Assembly (NCBI GenBank): GCA_951406725.2
Contig: OX597816.1
Span: 6,944,001 to 7,008,000 of the forward strand
Reading direction: 5' to 3'
From: Octopus vulgaris
Lineage: Eukaryota
DNA: 64,000 nt
Within the stretch, counting starts at the first letter, position 1. The number at the start of each line of letters is the position of its first letter. The notes under the pieces were generated by a model that made no database searches, had not been told where the DNA came from, and saw only the letters and a program-made list of their open reading frames with translations. Shown piece by piece: positions 11,643 to 25,548 of this stretch. The translations under genes were made by a program, and so were the position numbers.

Positions 11643-13480
11643 CCAATCTCATAACTCAGTTTGGTTAACAGAATAACAATTTTAAATAAATAATTCATTC
11701 TTTAAAAGTGCATAGCTTATCTTACGAGATGAAAATACTCAGTTTTTAAATTTAATATCTTTAAACTAAAATTATGACGGAAAAAAAAAGCATGCATAGA
11801 AAAATGGAATAGAAACAGCAAAAGCATAACAAAATATCCAAAGGGGAATGAGTGCAAAGAGAAAACAATATTGTTTCTTTTAATGTGAAATAATTAATTT
11901 GGTTAGCTGCATGCATTATATTAACATAAAAAAAGAAAACTGTATATTTGAACCTCTCCCCCCTCACACATACACATTCTTGTATATAATAGGTTGTGGT
12001 GCACCTGAGCACTGTCATCATTATATTTACTTACTAACAATAAGGTGGTGAGCTGGCAGGATCGTTAGCCAGCCAGGGTAAAATGCTTAGTGGTATTTCA
12101 TTCGTCTTTACATTCTGAGATCAAACGCTGCTGAGGTCAGTTTTGCCCTTCATCTTTTTGAAGCCAGGCCGATGTCAGGACCACATGACTGGCTCCCATG
12201 CCAGTGGCACGTAAAAAGCACCATTTGTGTGTGGTCGATACCAGTGCCACCTGACTGGCTCCCATGCCAGTGGCATGTAAAAAGCACCCACTACACTCTC
12301 AGAGTGGTTGGTATTAGGAAACCTTGCCAGATCAGATTGGAGCCTGGTGCAGCCCACTGGCTTGCCAGTCCTCAGTCAAACTGTCCAACCAATGCCAGTA
12401 TGGAAAGCAGATGTTAAGTGATGGTGATGAAAATAGATACCAGTGGGACACTGGGGTAAAATGTAATTGATTTACCCTCCCTCCCCTGAAACTGTTGGCC
12501 ATGTGCCAAAATTTGAAACCAAGAAAACAACTCTTTAAAAAATTTCAAAATTTTTAGTTAAGGAAAAGGTGTGTAATAAATTATTTACTAAAATCATCAG
12601 AGCTTCCACCTTCTGGAAAATAAAAAAAATTTAGGCCTCACCAAATACTTTTCATGATTTAGTATAAGCATATTCTTCTGGTAATCTAGTCTTCAGCAAA
12701 TTAAATATGTATATGTAAATATCTAAGAACTGGTCATCTGTTTATACTGGCTGAATTTCATAGTGCTTTTGCTAAGTCATCTGGTCCGAGATGATATTAA
12801 CAGTGCCAATTCTAAAGAATTGTTGTGCCTATAATTGTTCCAAGTTGTGTAACTGATAAACACCTGATGAATGTTGAGTGTGTCATTTGTTTGAGATGAT
12901 AAATTACTGAAATACATGCAGAGACACCCTGCCTCAGAAAGCAGATATAAGCGATATCTGATGATGATCTGAATAGAGAACAGATATGACAAAAGGATCC
13001 ACAAAACTAACAGCAGCAAGCTCTGAGAATTTGGAATTAAATGCAAGACAAAAAATCAAGCGGAAAATTGCAAACCTATATTAGATATATTAAACACACA
13101 CACACAGAGTTTAATTTTGGAAATTTGTTTTTAAATAGTTGTAATTAGCATTATCAACTATTTCGGCATAAACCCAAAAACATTATTTCAAATTCCAAGC
13201 AGAAGATTAATGAAATTATTTGAAATAAACAAGCTTAGATTTGAAACCCCAAACCCCTACTTTTTTTGGCTTGTTTGTTTCCAAAGACATCAAAGTTATT
13301 TACTAATCAACATTAATGTTGGTAACTAATAGAAAGTGAGCAGGGAGTGAAAGGGGTTGAAAAAGTGAGGCAAATGTGTTAGGTTTTTGTTATTTCACTC
13401 TATCAAGCCAGTCAAATCCAACTAAAATCTCCAACCAATGTGGAATGTAGTGAGATCCAATCAAGGATTATTTTTCCTAC

Positions 13481-13606
13481 CTGCAATTCATCTTTTCGCA
13501 ACAGCCGACAATCTTGCAGCACAGCTGAAGGATCTTCTTTGGACGCTGACCCCATCTGATCAGTTTCTTTGGGCTGGAATTTTATAGCAGCATAGGCACC
13601 ATCAAC
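13481..13606 (-). CDS. UBR5: UBR5 exon 15
   Basis: VDGAYAAIKFQPKETDQMGSASKEDPSAVLQDCRLLRKDELQ. Acceptor tttag|, donor |GTAGGA. Confidence 0.95.
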
Positions 13607-13841
13607 CTAAAGGGGGGAAAAAAAAAATGGAGAAGCTATCAACACTAAGACTTTCTATAAACTGACTGAACAGACACTGCCTTCCATGTTTTTACTTGGA
13701 GTAACAGAAGAAAGGAGGAAAAAATTTTTTTATTGAAGCTGAGGGGATTTAAATGAGAAGACACTGAGAAATCCTTCAAAGAAACAAAACTACCCCAGAC
13801 TCAACTAGAAAAAGAGAACACTGGAAAAATATCAGACATAC

Positions 13842-14125
13842 TATATATACTGTCTGTATTAGTCAGTGTGATGCCTTCATCTTTCATTGGTGCTTTCACT
13901 ATGTTTTGGCTGTTTTATGCTCCGGCTTTCTCTTCAGGTGTTATGTTGAACTCGGTTGCTGTATCGGAGTTTCAATCAACCGAGTCCAACACAAGACACC
14001 TAAAGAAGGCTGGAGCACACAACAGCCAAAACATAGCGGAAGCAACACTGGAGACATGGATACCAGACTGACTAATATAAACAGTATGCGTAACAGAAAT
14101 TCCTAGTCTCAGAAATATAGAATTG
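13842..14125. mobile_element. Older sister subfamily of the inverted hammerhead element
   Basis: Inverted arms with a decayed core (GACACCTAAAGAAGGCTG..CAGCCAAAAC) and tail CTCAGAAATATAGAATTG. 12-bp TSD TATCAGACATAC at 13830-13841 and 14126-14137. Confidence 0.7.
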
Positions 14126-17100
14126 TATCAGACATACAGTTCAAAGAACCAACACAACAGAATCCCCTGAAACAACCAAAGACACAGTTTTCTTCAGATC
14201 TACGACAAAAACAACTGAAAGTTAAAACCTCTTAGAATTCAGTTTTAAATAACTATGCGAAAAGGAAAATATTACATTAAATGTCCTATTTAATTCTAGC
14301 TAAACGGCAAAAAAAATAAAAAATTTAAATAATACATATTAGACAAAAGTAAACTGGTTAGAAAGGAGCCTGAAACTGATGGCATAGAAATCTATCTTTC
14401 TAGAAAGTTCCCTCGAATAGTCTAAAACTGTTCTGCAAGAGTCCGAAACAAAATCCAATGCCCCTATTCCCAATACAATAATGAAGGGATATATGTTTTG
14501 AGATTACTATTAAACAACCTGCCTAATGCCAGTGGCACGATAACATATGTCCAGTCTATGCTGTAAAGTGGTTGAAGAAGGGCATAAAAGAAAAAAACAT
14601 GCCAAAACAAAATTAAAATATGCCATAGGCCATAACAAGAACTTGGTGCTTTGTCTTACTGTGTGTTTAAGGAGACAAGGGACTGCAACGAGTGGTGAAG
14701 TGCTGTGTGCTATTGTAAACTCCATCCAACCCATGCCAGCATGGATAAACAGATATAAAAACAATGATGGTACAATGTAGTGTCTATTTTTACAAGATTG
14801 ATGCACAAACTATGCGCTTTTGTGAATTTTCTATCAAATTGTTTGAAGCAGCTTCCTACAACTAAGCCACAATGAAGGTTACTGAAACTTAGACGCACTT
14901 TTCATGATACAAGGCGGGAAAAAATACAAAAGCTGAGGACAGAAAGCAAACCAGGCCAAACATTATTCATAAAGCAAGCATTTGTACAATATTGACAAGA
15001 ATATTTCATACTAAATATATTTGGCTTTATATATATATATATAAAATAAAAACAATATTAAACATTATACATAAAAGAATATATAAGACTAACATTAAAC
15101 ATTATAAGCACTATTTCGAGATGATTTTCAGTTTCAAAATAACTCATTTTGAGCCATAAGCATTGTAACCTGACTATTTCTAATTTCTAATTCAAGAACA
15201 GATATTTGAGTTCAGTCACTGTAATATTAAGTTAGTGATTTAAATGTGTAGCATCATTAATACTAAACATCTTAGCTATTCAGTATACATATATAACAAC
15301 CAAACAATAAAAAAAAATTATGATGATAACTACCTGGGGCTGTGGCATTCGCTGGTTTATAATAAATTAAAGATAATCTATTTCTTTACTACCCACAAGG
15401 GGCTAAACACAAAGAGGACAAACAAGGACAGACCCCAGTGCGTAACAGGTACTTATTTAATCAACCCCGAAAGGATTAAAGGCAAAGTCAACCTCGGCTG
15501 AATTTGAACTCAGAACGTAGCAGCAGACGAAATACCTATTTCTTTATTACCCACAAGGGGCTAAACACAGAGGGGACAAACAAGGACAGACATAGGTATT
15601 AAGTCGATTACATTTACCCCAGTGCGTAACTGGTACTTAATTTATTGACCCTGAAAGGATGAAAGGCAAAGTTGACCTCAGCGGAATTTGAACTCAGAAC
15701 GTAGTGGCAGACGAAATACTGCTAAGCATTTTGCCCAGCGTGATAACGATTCTGCCAGCTCGTTGCCTTTAAGATAATCTGATAAGTCAGTTAATCTCCA
15801 TCTGCTGAATTATCTTGTTGGAGGTACACTTCGCATTTGTAACTGACACTATGGAAACTCCAGTTCTACCACAACATATGTTTGTTCAAAACTCTAAAAA
15901 CTACCAGAATAACTTTAAAGTGGTTGGGGAGTAACCTTTAATTAGTTATGGATTTACAGGAATTTATATGTACAAACAAATGTGTATTATGAAATAGTTC
16001 CTCAGGCCTTTTGAAATGATCACAACCTTGAATAAAAACTTATGTAACAAAAGCATTATTTTTTTTTTTAGTCTAATTGCTATTACACCCTATGATAAAT
16101 GCACCAATCAATATTGCTGAATCTCTTCAGAATTAAAGGTTTGTATGGAACGGCCTGTGGACTTAACCTCTACAAATTCTCTCACTTGACATTCTTATTT
16201 CTTTACTGCCCACAAGGGGCTAAACAAGGACAGACAAACGGATTAAGTTGATTACATCGACCCCAGTGCGTAACTGGTACTTAATTTATTGACCCCGAAA
16301 GGATGAAAGGCAAAGTCGACCTCAGTGGAATTTGAACTCAGAATGTAACGGCAGACAAAATACCGCAAAACATTTCACCCGGTGTGCTAATGTTTCTGCC
16401 AGCTTGCCTTGACATTCTGTTAGCCAGGTTTTTCACATGAAATGTTGACCGAAGTATTTGTCTATTTTATTGTAATACGCTTAAAATGAACTGGCACCTG
16501 GAACTAACATTGTGAGTGTGTTGTGGAAACACTAAAGACACCTTTTATTTGCCCAACGATACGAGTTAACTCGTATCATGGCACCTGCCAGGAAATATAT
16601 TTGGTAAAACATCAATATATATCAGGTATAAGTATTAGATGTCGATGCAGTTGGTGCAGGAGAACTATGTTGTCTCTTACGACTACGAGCAACTAATTGT
16701 TCATCTTCGTCAGTAGAACTGGCAGCACTTATATTTGCTCCATAATTTTTATCCAAAGTATTCACTCTTTGATTCTAAGATATCTTCCAATACTTCATTT
16801 TCTGCGAGTTCATAAAGGAAACATTATACAATGAAGAGACATAGTCAAATAATAAATAACATACCCTCAAAGCCTTCATAGCAAACCAATCTGAGCAATT
16901 TGCATATCTATGAGATAACTCCAGCCTCGCCTGGCCTCCGTGCCGGTGGCACGTAAAAAGCACCATCCGACCGTGGCCGTTTGCCAGCCTCGTCTGGCAC
17001 TTGTGCCGGTGGCACGTAAAAAGCACCCACTACACTCATGGAGTGGTTGGCATTAGGAAGGGCATCCAGCTGTAGAAACATTGCCAGATCAGACTGGGCC

Positions 17101-17860
17101 TGGTGCAGCCTTCTGGCTTCCCAGACCCCAGTTGCACCGTCCAACCCATGCCAGCATAGAAAGCGGATGCTAAATGATGATGATCATTGTAGTGTAATTA
17201 CATGTATTATGTACTTATACACCACCACATAAAATATTTCAGCTTTCTGATTTGAGAAAATTAATAAAACCCTTTTGGCAAATAGAAGCAGATCATATCA
17301 ATATCCTGTGGCAGGCAACATGTTAAAAATATTCCAGACATTTAGTAATTAGTGTCAAATAACAACCATAATACTTAGTTTTGTTTTCCCCCCACCCCTC
17401 AATATTTTTTAACATTACCATTTTACAGCTGTGTTTTACCAAAGATCTCAACCATTAATTCAGAGAGTTCGTTTTAGCCTCGTAACTTATTGCCTCACGA
17501 AACCCAGAGACATTTAAACATACATTTGTGTTACAACTAGACTCTGAGCAGAATTAGGGAGAGAGAATCTGTTGCTCAGTTTTATTTAGATACCCTGTGA
17601 TTATATGACTGACAAAAATTATGCAAGGAATGAAATGGTCTCTGCAAAACCCATATTTGAGAAAAACTGAAAACTCTAAACAAAAGTAACCAAAGACTTA
17701 CAAACAGAAAAATAAAACTCTTTACTATTATTAATGCCTGGAAAGTTAGAATAGTGTTGGTAGGTTTCTTTCAAAATTTTGCCAGAGTTCTTCAAGTGGC
17801 TGCTAATTCCTGTCTCCCATTAATTTTGGTAGGTTTTCAGTTTTATGTGGTGTCCCTGAC

Positions 17861-18386
17861 TACCGTAAATCTTTGAGTAAAGTCCACCCTTGAGTATAAT
17901 ACACAGGAGATTTTTAGGGGGCTGTACCTCTGAAAAACCTAAACCTTGTGTATAATACGCACCCCTTCTCTAACTTGAGTCGTGCGTAATTAAGCCAGTA
18001 GCACCTAGTCGAACAAACACTTCCGCACATGCGTAATACAATAATGGTGATTGTTCTTAACTGTTATATGGGAATGTAAATATGTTTGTAAATTGTTTTT
18101 GTTACATGTTATTCTGTGTTCTGAATACTTTTATTTTGATAAATGTTGCTTACTGCAAGTTATGGATGATTCTTTTATGACTTCATTGCTTTCAGGCTTA
18201 GCTTAATGTATTTTCGCGCCTGACATCACAAAATGCATCTGAATAAACATTGCTGGACAGCAAATAGAGACTCGGACATTGCTGAGAAAATATTTTTCAT
18301 TTTTAACCTCGTATATAGTACGCAGTACGGATTTTGACCATTAAATTTTGGGGAAAAAATGTGAATATATTCGAAGATTTACGGTA
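17861..18386. mobile_element. Tc1/pogo-type MITE
   Basis: TA-CCGTAAATCTT.GAGTA ... TATTCGAAGATTTACGG-TA terminal inverted repeats. Confidence 0.7.
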
Positions 18387-18838
18387 TAACATAAATATAG
18401 GCGTGTAGCTTTCTTCCTCCATCTGAGTGTGGGGGTCTCCAAAATATAACAATATGGCTGGTTGTTCAGTATGACAGCAGTGACCAGCAAAGCCTACTAC
18501 CCTACGTCGAGCAGAATATCTAAACAATCACTTACAAAGGGTCGACGGTTCAAATTACAGGAATATTATGCAAAAACGAAATAGCCGATAGCATTAACAA
18601 TGCAATACCTACTTGCTACCAAGAATAAATCTAACCCATCTAATAACCCTCAGAATATTTTAACCAGAAAGGCAAGATTACATACAAAAAAGTTATTAAA
18701 ATAGAATTTAAATGTAAATTTAAGTGAAAAAAAAACAAAAAATTTAGTATTGATTATTCGTGTAACTAAAACTCTTAAAAACTTTGAAGATTATCAGAAA
18801 TTAGAAATTAAGCAAAAGAATTGAAATATTTGACTCAC

Positions 18839-18960
18839 TTTGAGCACTTTTCCGATAGGAACTGTTTTAATATCTTCAACAAATATTACAGTCTTCAAAG
18901 GCCAGTTTTCTTCATCCTTTTTCTCCATCTCCTTGAGTGGTGTAGGAGTTTTCTTCCGCT
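18839..18960 (-). CDS. UBR5: UBR5 exon 14
   Basis: (K)[40 protein letters not shown]. Acceptor tacag|, donor |GTGAGT. Confidence 0.95.
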
Positions 18961-19109
18961 CTGTAGTTTAATTAGTTAAATGTTAGTAGAATAATGACGA
19001 AACATTCTCTTCCTTTGTAAGAAGGAAGACAACTTTATAAAACTAAATTTAAACTGACTGAAAATGAGAATGAAATTAAAGAATAAAAACAAGCAAACTT
19101 GTTACTTAC

Positions 19110-19389
19110 TGAGAGATACTGGACTAACAATGGATGTTCCACTGTGATCGCTACATGTAGATGAAGCTGGTGATGGAGGGGGAGGCATATCTGGTTTACA
19201 GTCAGAGCTTTTGTTTTCGACTTTTGTCTCCACCTTCACATCACTAACTGACACCCGGATTATCTTGAAACGACAGGTATCATTCAACGACCATGCTGAT
19301 TCCATCAGCTGACCAACTTTTGGAACACCATCAACAGTGGTAAATCCCAATGCCCCTGAGTGATACATAGGACTGCTACGCAAACAAAC
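19110..19389 (-). CDS. UBR5: UBR5 exon 13
   Basis: [42 protein letters not shown]...[26 protein letters not shown]. Acceptor tttcag|, donor A|GTAAGT. Confidence 0.95.
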
Positions 19390-20429
19390 CTGAAAGAGCA
19401 ATTTTTCATTTTAATTACAGGTAAATTCGAAAATTAATTTTAAATTTTAAGAGTAATTTAAAACACAAATTCTAATTAGATAATTACTATTTGTAAATCT
19501 CACAACGAGAGATATTCAGCAATAGTACTTTGCAGTAAAGATTATTTGCCAACATAACATGGCAGTTGATGAATGTTGCTGTAATTTAGCCCAAGGAGAC
19601 CGTCTCCAGCTGGCTATATGACAAGATCTGTGTCCTTATATTTTCCAGCCGAACAATTATTCTGTGCTGATGAAGAGAAATAACCCAGAACAGGGTAATA
19701 TAACTTTTAGGACACAGGACTCACGATAAGATTGCGGTTTCAATTCCTGGGCCAGGCTATGCATTGTGTTTTTGAGCAAGACACTTCATTTCACATCACT
19801 CCAGTCCACTCAGCTGGTAATCATAATAAGTAGTCCTGTGATGGACTACTAGTAGTCCTAGCATGGAATATGGATGTTAAATGATGATGATGAAAAATGA
19901 AAGTTGAAGGCTAAATTAATTTAGGGAATGAGGCCATTTCGTATTTATCTTTAAAACTCTCAAGATTATCATATTCCCTTAAAAAATTTTATTTGTATTC
20001 AATAAGAACAAGGTAATATGGTAAAGAACTCAAAAACTAGAGGAATATTGACTTTAGACATTAATTAATTTGACAGAACCAGTAACAATCAGACAAAATG
20101 CTTTACAATTGATATTCAGTCACAATTTCTTTACAATCTGAATTCAAATCCAGCTCAAATCAAAACTTTGTCTTTCCTATTTCCACAGCTGATAAAGCAC
20201 CAGTTAAGTTCTGAGGCAAAATAATTAAAACTGTACCCCCACCCTCCACCAAATTTGAAATTGCCAAAGTTAGAAATCATTAATTTAGTATCTAAAAAAG
20301 AAAGTACTGAAATAAATTCTTTACAAGAAATGTAAAATAAAAATGGTTTAGAAAATTCAGAGATTTATGTGATTATAATGGAATTACTGTAACATTGGAA
20401 AGAAGCAGCAATACAGAAATGACACTCAC

Positions 20430-20538
20430 CAAAGACCCAGCTACAACTTCATTGTTAACGCTGCTGTCTTTATTTTTTTTCTTTTTTGATTTGTTCTTCT
20501 CAAGCAATTTCTTCCTTTGACCAAATGGCATGACACCC
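20430..20538 (-). CDS. UBR5: UBR5 exon 12
   Basis: GVMPFGQRKKLLEKNKSKKKKNKDSSVNNEVVAGSL. Acceptor aacag|, donor |GTGAGT. Confidence 0.94.
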
Positions 20539-21208
20539 CTGTTAAAGAAATGATCAAGCATAATTCGTAAATCATTCTGATTGGAAAATTGAGACAAAAC
20601 TAATTTTGAATAACAAGAATTGTTGAAATTCCATTTCAACTTTCTGGAAATCATATCTGGCAAAATATCATTATGATCATCATCTTTTAACTATGCTGGC
20701 ATGGGTTTGACAGTTTGACAAAAGCTGGCAAGCCAGAGGGCTGCACCAGGCTCACATGGTCTCTGAGACTGGATGCCCTTCCTAACGCCAATGACCTTAC
20801 AGAGTGTACTGGGTGTTTTTCATGTGGCACCAGCACAAGTGGGGTTGTCAAAGTAACCTGTAAGACAAGGACCTCTTAGTTGAGAGAGGGAGCAGACAGA
20901 GATAGTTGTTTTACCATAGAAACACCTGGCCACCCCAATCTAGAAAAATATCACCATCAAAATGTGATAACAGTCACAATAAGAAAATTCTGAATCTAAT
21001 TTAATATTTCTTTAATTATGATGTAACGAGCTGGGTATCCATATAAAGAATGATTAGTCATATGGAATATCGCCAATGTGGTGTGAAAATCAGCCAAGCT
21101 ACTTCTGTTGCTCTGCGTCAACAATAAACCAATGTTAAGTACAAGGTCAGCTTTAAGGCCCCAGAGATCGAACACAACAGGTGCAATAAAATCATAAAAT
21201 AAATAAAT

Positions 21209-21703
21209 GCACCTTTTTAAAGCCTAGCCAGGCTCATGGGCCCGGTTTCCTGGTTTCTATGGCGTATGTGTTCCCCAGCTGGACGGGGCACCAGTCCATT
21301 GCAGCGTTACTCCTTTTTGCCAGCTGAGTGGACTGGAGCAACGTGAAATGAAGTGTTTTGCTCAAGAACACAACACATCACCCGGTCCAGGAATCGAAAC
21401 CACAATCTTACAATCATGGTGCTGACACCCTAACCACTAAGCCATGCGCCTCCACAAAATGCGCCCTTTTAATGCTTAGCCAGGCTCATGGGCCCGGTTT
21501 CCCAGTTTCAATGGCGTGTTACCCAGCTGGACGGGACACCAGTCCATTGCAGCATTACTCATTTTTGCCAGCTGAGTGGACTGGAGCAACGTGAAATAAA
21601 GTGTTTTGCTCAAGAACACATCGCATCACCCAGTCCAGGAATCGAAACCACAATCTTACGATCATGATGCTGACACCCTAACCACTAAGCCACGCACCTC
21701 CAC
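21209..21703 (-). mobile_element. tRNA-derived SINE family E, tandem dimer
   Basis: Two units of about 245 bp with head GTGGAGG(C/T)GC(A/G)TGGCTTAGTGG...GGTTTCGATTCC. Single copy at about 34416-34660(-), partial at about 19705-19850(+). Confidence 0.8.
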
Positions 21704-21764
21704 GCAATAAACTCATGTCGTACAATTTAAACATTTGATCCAAGCAGAAAAATCAATCACTTAC

Positions 21765-22033
21765 CACCAATATAATGCACCACTTTCTAATCGAGCACAT
21801 GTGTAGAGAGAACAAGTATGCAGAGAAACGATTTTGTCTGTCTGAAATTCAGGGAATGTCTGAGCTGGATGTTCTAGTTTGGCAGCGACAATGTTAAGGC
21901 TGTCATCAACCCATGTAGCCACTTTACCAGATTCCAAGAATACTGAAGCTCTCACGGAACACGCTGAAAGACCAACTATTTTTTCACCTGTCAGCCCTAA
22001 AGCAGCAGCTTTCGGATGATGATTTGAAGTGTT
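21765..22033 (-). CDS. UBR5: UBR5 exon 11
   Basis: NTSNHHPKAAALGLTGEKIVGLSACSVRASVFLESGKVATWVDDSL...LHTCSLYTCARLESGALYW(W). Acceptor tttcag|, donor |GTAAGT. Confidence 0.95.
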
Positions 22034-22924
22034 CTGAAAGCAAACATGGAAAACAAGCATTATTAATAACAAGAGGCAGGAAATAGAAATTGTCACATTC
22101 ACACAATTCATCATCATCATCATCGTTTAACGTCCACTTTCCATGCTGGCATGGGTTGGATGATTTACTGAGGTCTGGAGAGCCAGCGGCTGCACCAAGC
22201 TCCAATCTGATCTGGCAATGTTTCTACAGCTGGATGCCCTTCCTAATGCCAACCACTCCAAGAGTGTAGTGGGTGCTCTTTACATGCCACCAGCATGAGG
22301 GCTAGTCAGGCAATACTGGCATCGATCACGTTCGGATAGTGCTTTTTATGTGCCACCAGCACAGGAGCTAGCCAGGGAGTAATGGGCTCGGCCACATTCA
22401 TATGATTATTTAACATCCGTTTTCCATACTGGAATGGGTTGGACGGTTTGACCAGAGCTGAAGAGCTGGACCAGGTTCGGCTTGGTTCCTATAGCTAAAT
22501 GCCCTTCCTAATGCCAACCACTTTACAGAGTGTACTGGATGCTTTTTACATGGTTCAGGCACCAGCGTTTTTTCACATGGCCCAGCACAGATGCTTTTTA
22601 AGTGATGCCAACTTCTTTATTTCTTTAAAAGTTAATTACAAACTATTCAACAGTTCTCAGTGGTTTAAGATTTCAAGTAAAGAAAATGTATTTTTTCAAT
22701 TCTAAATCATATTTACACAAATTTTAATGTAAATAAAAGCCTCCCTAAAATATCTTCAGACTTCACATCGAAAATTTATCTTTTTACCCTAAATTATTTA
22801 ACCATAAAAATGACAGATGTTTATTGCAAAGAATTTAGATTCACTGACTACAAATAGTTGAACTCTGATGATTAACAACAACAGCCTCAACAACAGTGAT
22901 GATATGGAATAATAAACAACTCAC

Positions 22925-23047
22925 CTCTGAACTACGGTAAGGCTCCGGATCTGACCATTTCCAACCATAGAGGCAACCATTTGTGCTTACAGCTACAAGT
23001 TCAGAATGCATTGCAGCTATATGAGAGAATTTGGGGAAACTACCATC
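22925..23047 (-). CDS. UBR5: UBR5 exon 10
   Basis: DGSFPKFSHIAAMHSELVAVSTNGCLYGWKWSDPEPYRSSE. Acceptor tttcag|, donor |GTGAGT, 123 nt, phase 0-0. Confidence 0.95.
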
Positions 23048-25327
23048 CTGAAAAAATAGATAAAATACAAATTAGTAAAAAAAGTATTCGTTAAATCATT
23101 TATTACAAAACAAGACGAAAGGGATTTAGACTGTGAGCATAGTGATATTAGATGACAGAGCTGAGAGAAAGATTTGTTAACTGGAAGTCAGTGTTGGACT
23201 AAAAAAGAAAAACAGAAAACAACAGTGAATTAGATTCAACACAAAAAAAAAACAAATGATGCTATTAGATTTTTGATTCATTAACTCAGAAAACTGTTTG
23301 CTCATTTTGCATGTTTTTCCAAGCTTGCAAGAGTTAGACAAATGTTACCGAGGCTCTTCCTGTCACTAAACCTTATCTATTTTTCAAGTAAGGATACCTG
23401 TTGAGGCAAGTGAAATCGAAATCGATCAAAAATCAATGGAAATTGTAGTTGTGATACCAGTGCCAGTGGCACGTAAAAGAAACATCCGAATGTGGCCGTT
23501 GCCAGCGCCGCCTCGACTGGCCTCTGTGCCGGTGGCACGCAAAAGGCACCAACAGATCGTGGCTACTGCCAGCCTCCCCTGGCACCTGTGCCGGTGGCAC
23601 ATAAAAAGCATCCACTACACTCATGGAGTGGTTGGCGTTAGGAAGGGCATCCAGCTGTAGAAACACTGCCAGATCAGACTGGGCCTGGTGCAGCCTCCTG
23701 GCTTCCCAGACCCCGGTCGAACCCTCCAACCCATGCTAGCATGGAAAGCGGACGTTAAACGATGATGATACCTTATTCCATATAGCTTCAAAGGTGCAAA
23801 GTTAATAAATGATTTGGTTGACAGATGAACTAACAATAATAACAGCAACACTGCTCGTGCACTGAAACTGTTTGCAGAAGCAAACAAGACATTAACACAC
23901 AAACACGTATATACACATATGATGGGCTTCATTCAGTTTCTCACTACTAAATTTATTCAAAAGGGTTTGGTCAGCCCAGGGCTATACCAGAAGACACTTG
24001 TCCAACAGAAGAGAACTACTTAACAACCATACAGCTAAGCCTTCATCATCATCATCATTTAGCGTCCGCTTTCCATGCTAGCATGGGTTGGACGGTTCAG
24101 CTGGGGTCTGTGAAGCCAGAAGGCTTCATCAGGCCCAGTCAGATCTGGCAGTGTTTCTACGGCTGGATGCCCTTCCTAATGCCAACCACTCCATGAGTGT
24201 AGTGGGTGCTTTTTACGTGCCACCTGCACACGTGCCAGACAGAGCTGGCAAACGGCCACGAACGGATGGTGCTTTTTATGTGCCACCAGCACGGGGGCCA
24301 GGCGAGGCTGGCAACGGACACGAACGGATGGTGCTTTTTACATGCCACCGGCACGAGGCCAGTCGGAATAAATGAATTTATATGATAGCAGTAGTGGTGG
24401 TAGTAGTTAAAGCAAAAGTGATTAAGGGTAAAATATTTTATTCCCAGGTGAAAATTAGATGGCTCACCTCCTCCACTCACCAATCCAAATTGTAAAAGTG
24501 GAATGAAAGAATCATCATCATCATCATCATCGTTTAACGTCCGCTTTCCATGCTAGCATGGGTTGGACGATTTTGACTGAGGGCTGACGAACCAGATGGC
24601 TGCACCAGGCTCCAATCTTGATCTGGCAGAGTTTCTACAGCTGGATGCTCTTCCTAACACCAACCACTCCGAGAGTGTAGTGGGTGGTTTTACGTGCCAC
24701 CAGTACGGGGTCAGTCAGGCAGTACTGGCAACGACCTTGCTCGAATCTTTTTACACATGCCACCGGCACAGGTGCCAGTAAGGCGGTGCTGGTAACGATC
24801 ACACTCAAATGGTGTCTTTTACGTGCCACCAGCACGGAGGCCAGATAGCTGCTCTGGCAATGATCACGCTCAGATGGTGCTCTTAATACCCTACTAGCAC
24901 AGGGCACAAGTGCCAGTAAGGCGACGCTGGTAACGATCGAATGGTGCCTTTTAAGTGCCACTGGCATGGAAGTCGGTTAGCAGCTCTGTCAACAATCACA
25001 CTCGTATGGTGCGCTTTGCACCCCGTTAGCACGGACACCAGTCATCGAATTTGATTTTGATTTCACTTGTCACAACAGGTCATCACAAGCAGAGTTTTAG
25101 TGTCCCCCAGGTGATAATGAGATGGCTAACCTCCTCCACTCACCAACCCAAATTGTAAAAGTGCAATGAAGGAATGCGAAATAAAATACGGAAAGTGGCA
25201 GTGATTAAGAAAATTTGCTTAAATTTAACAAATCAATAAATAATGTAAAATCAATCAAAGGAAAACAAAAAAAAATTTGAATTTGTCATTTGTAGATGAT
25301 TAAAAGATTAGGAAATAAATTCTTCAC

Positions 25328-25548
25328 CTTCTCAGTCCAAAATTGCAAATCTTCTCCAAAAATTAAGGGACTTGGAGGAGGACTAGTAACAGCTTTTTTG
25401 TTTTCTCCAATGACGGAGTCATTTTTACTGTCAAGAGCTTTCATGCTTTCTTCTCGTAGAGAGCTCTCCATCAGTCGCCGTCGATCTCTGATACGAAATA
25501 TTGACTCCCGATCTCGGTCTCTATCGATATCACGTTCCCTTTCACCAG
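25328..25548 (-). CDS. UBR5: UBR5 exon 9
   Basis: (A)GERERDIDRDRDRESIFRIRDRRRLMESS...PPPSPLIFGEDLQFWTEK. Acceptor ttgcag|, donor |GTGAAG, 221 nt. Confidence 0.92.

Noticed and set aside
18395-18527. RRRVVGFAGHCC peptide resembling a LINE RT C-terminus
   Set aside because: Too short and degenerate to support a call without a database search.
19652-19700. Possible hammerhead ATTATTCTG..CTGATGAAGAG..CAGGGTAAT
   Set aside because: Stem II and the GAAA/UH part are too degraded to call. Kept only as part of the repeat family.
24690-25040. Repeat-spacer pattern resembling a CRISPR array (also 29260-29500 and 56233-56586)
   Set aside because: The 'spacers' are homologous to each other, the array lies inside an RTE LINE 3' UTR in a eukaryotic intron, and there are no cas genes.
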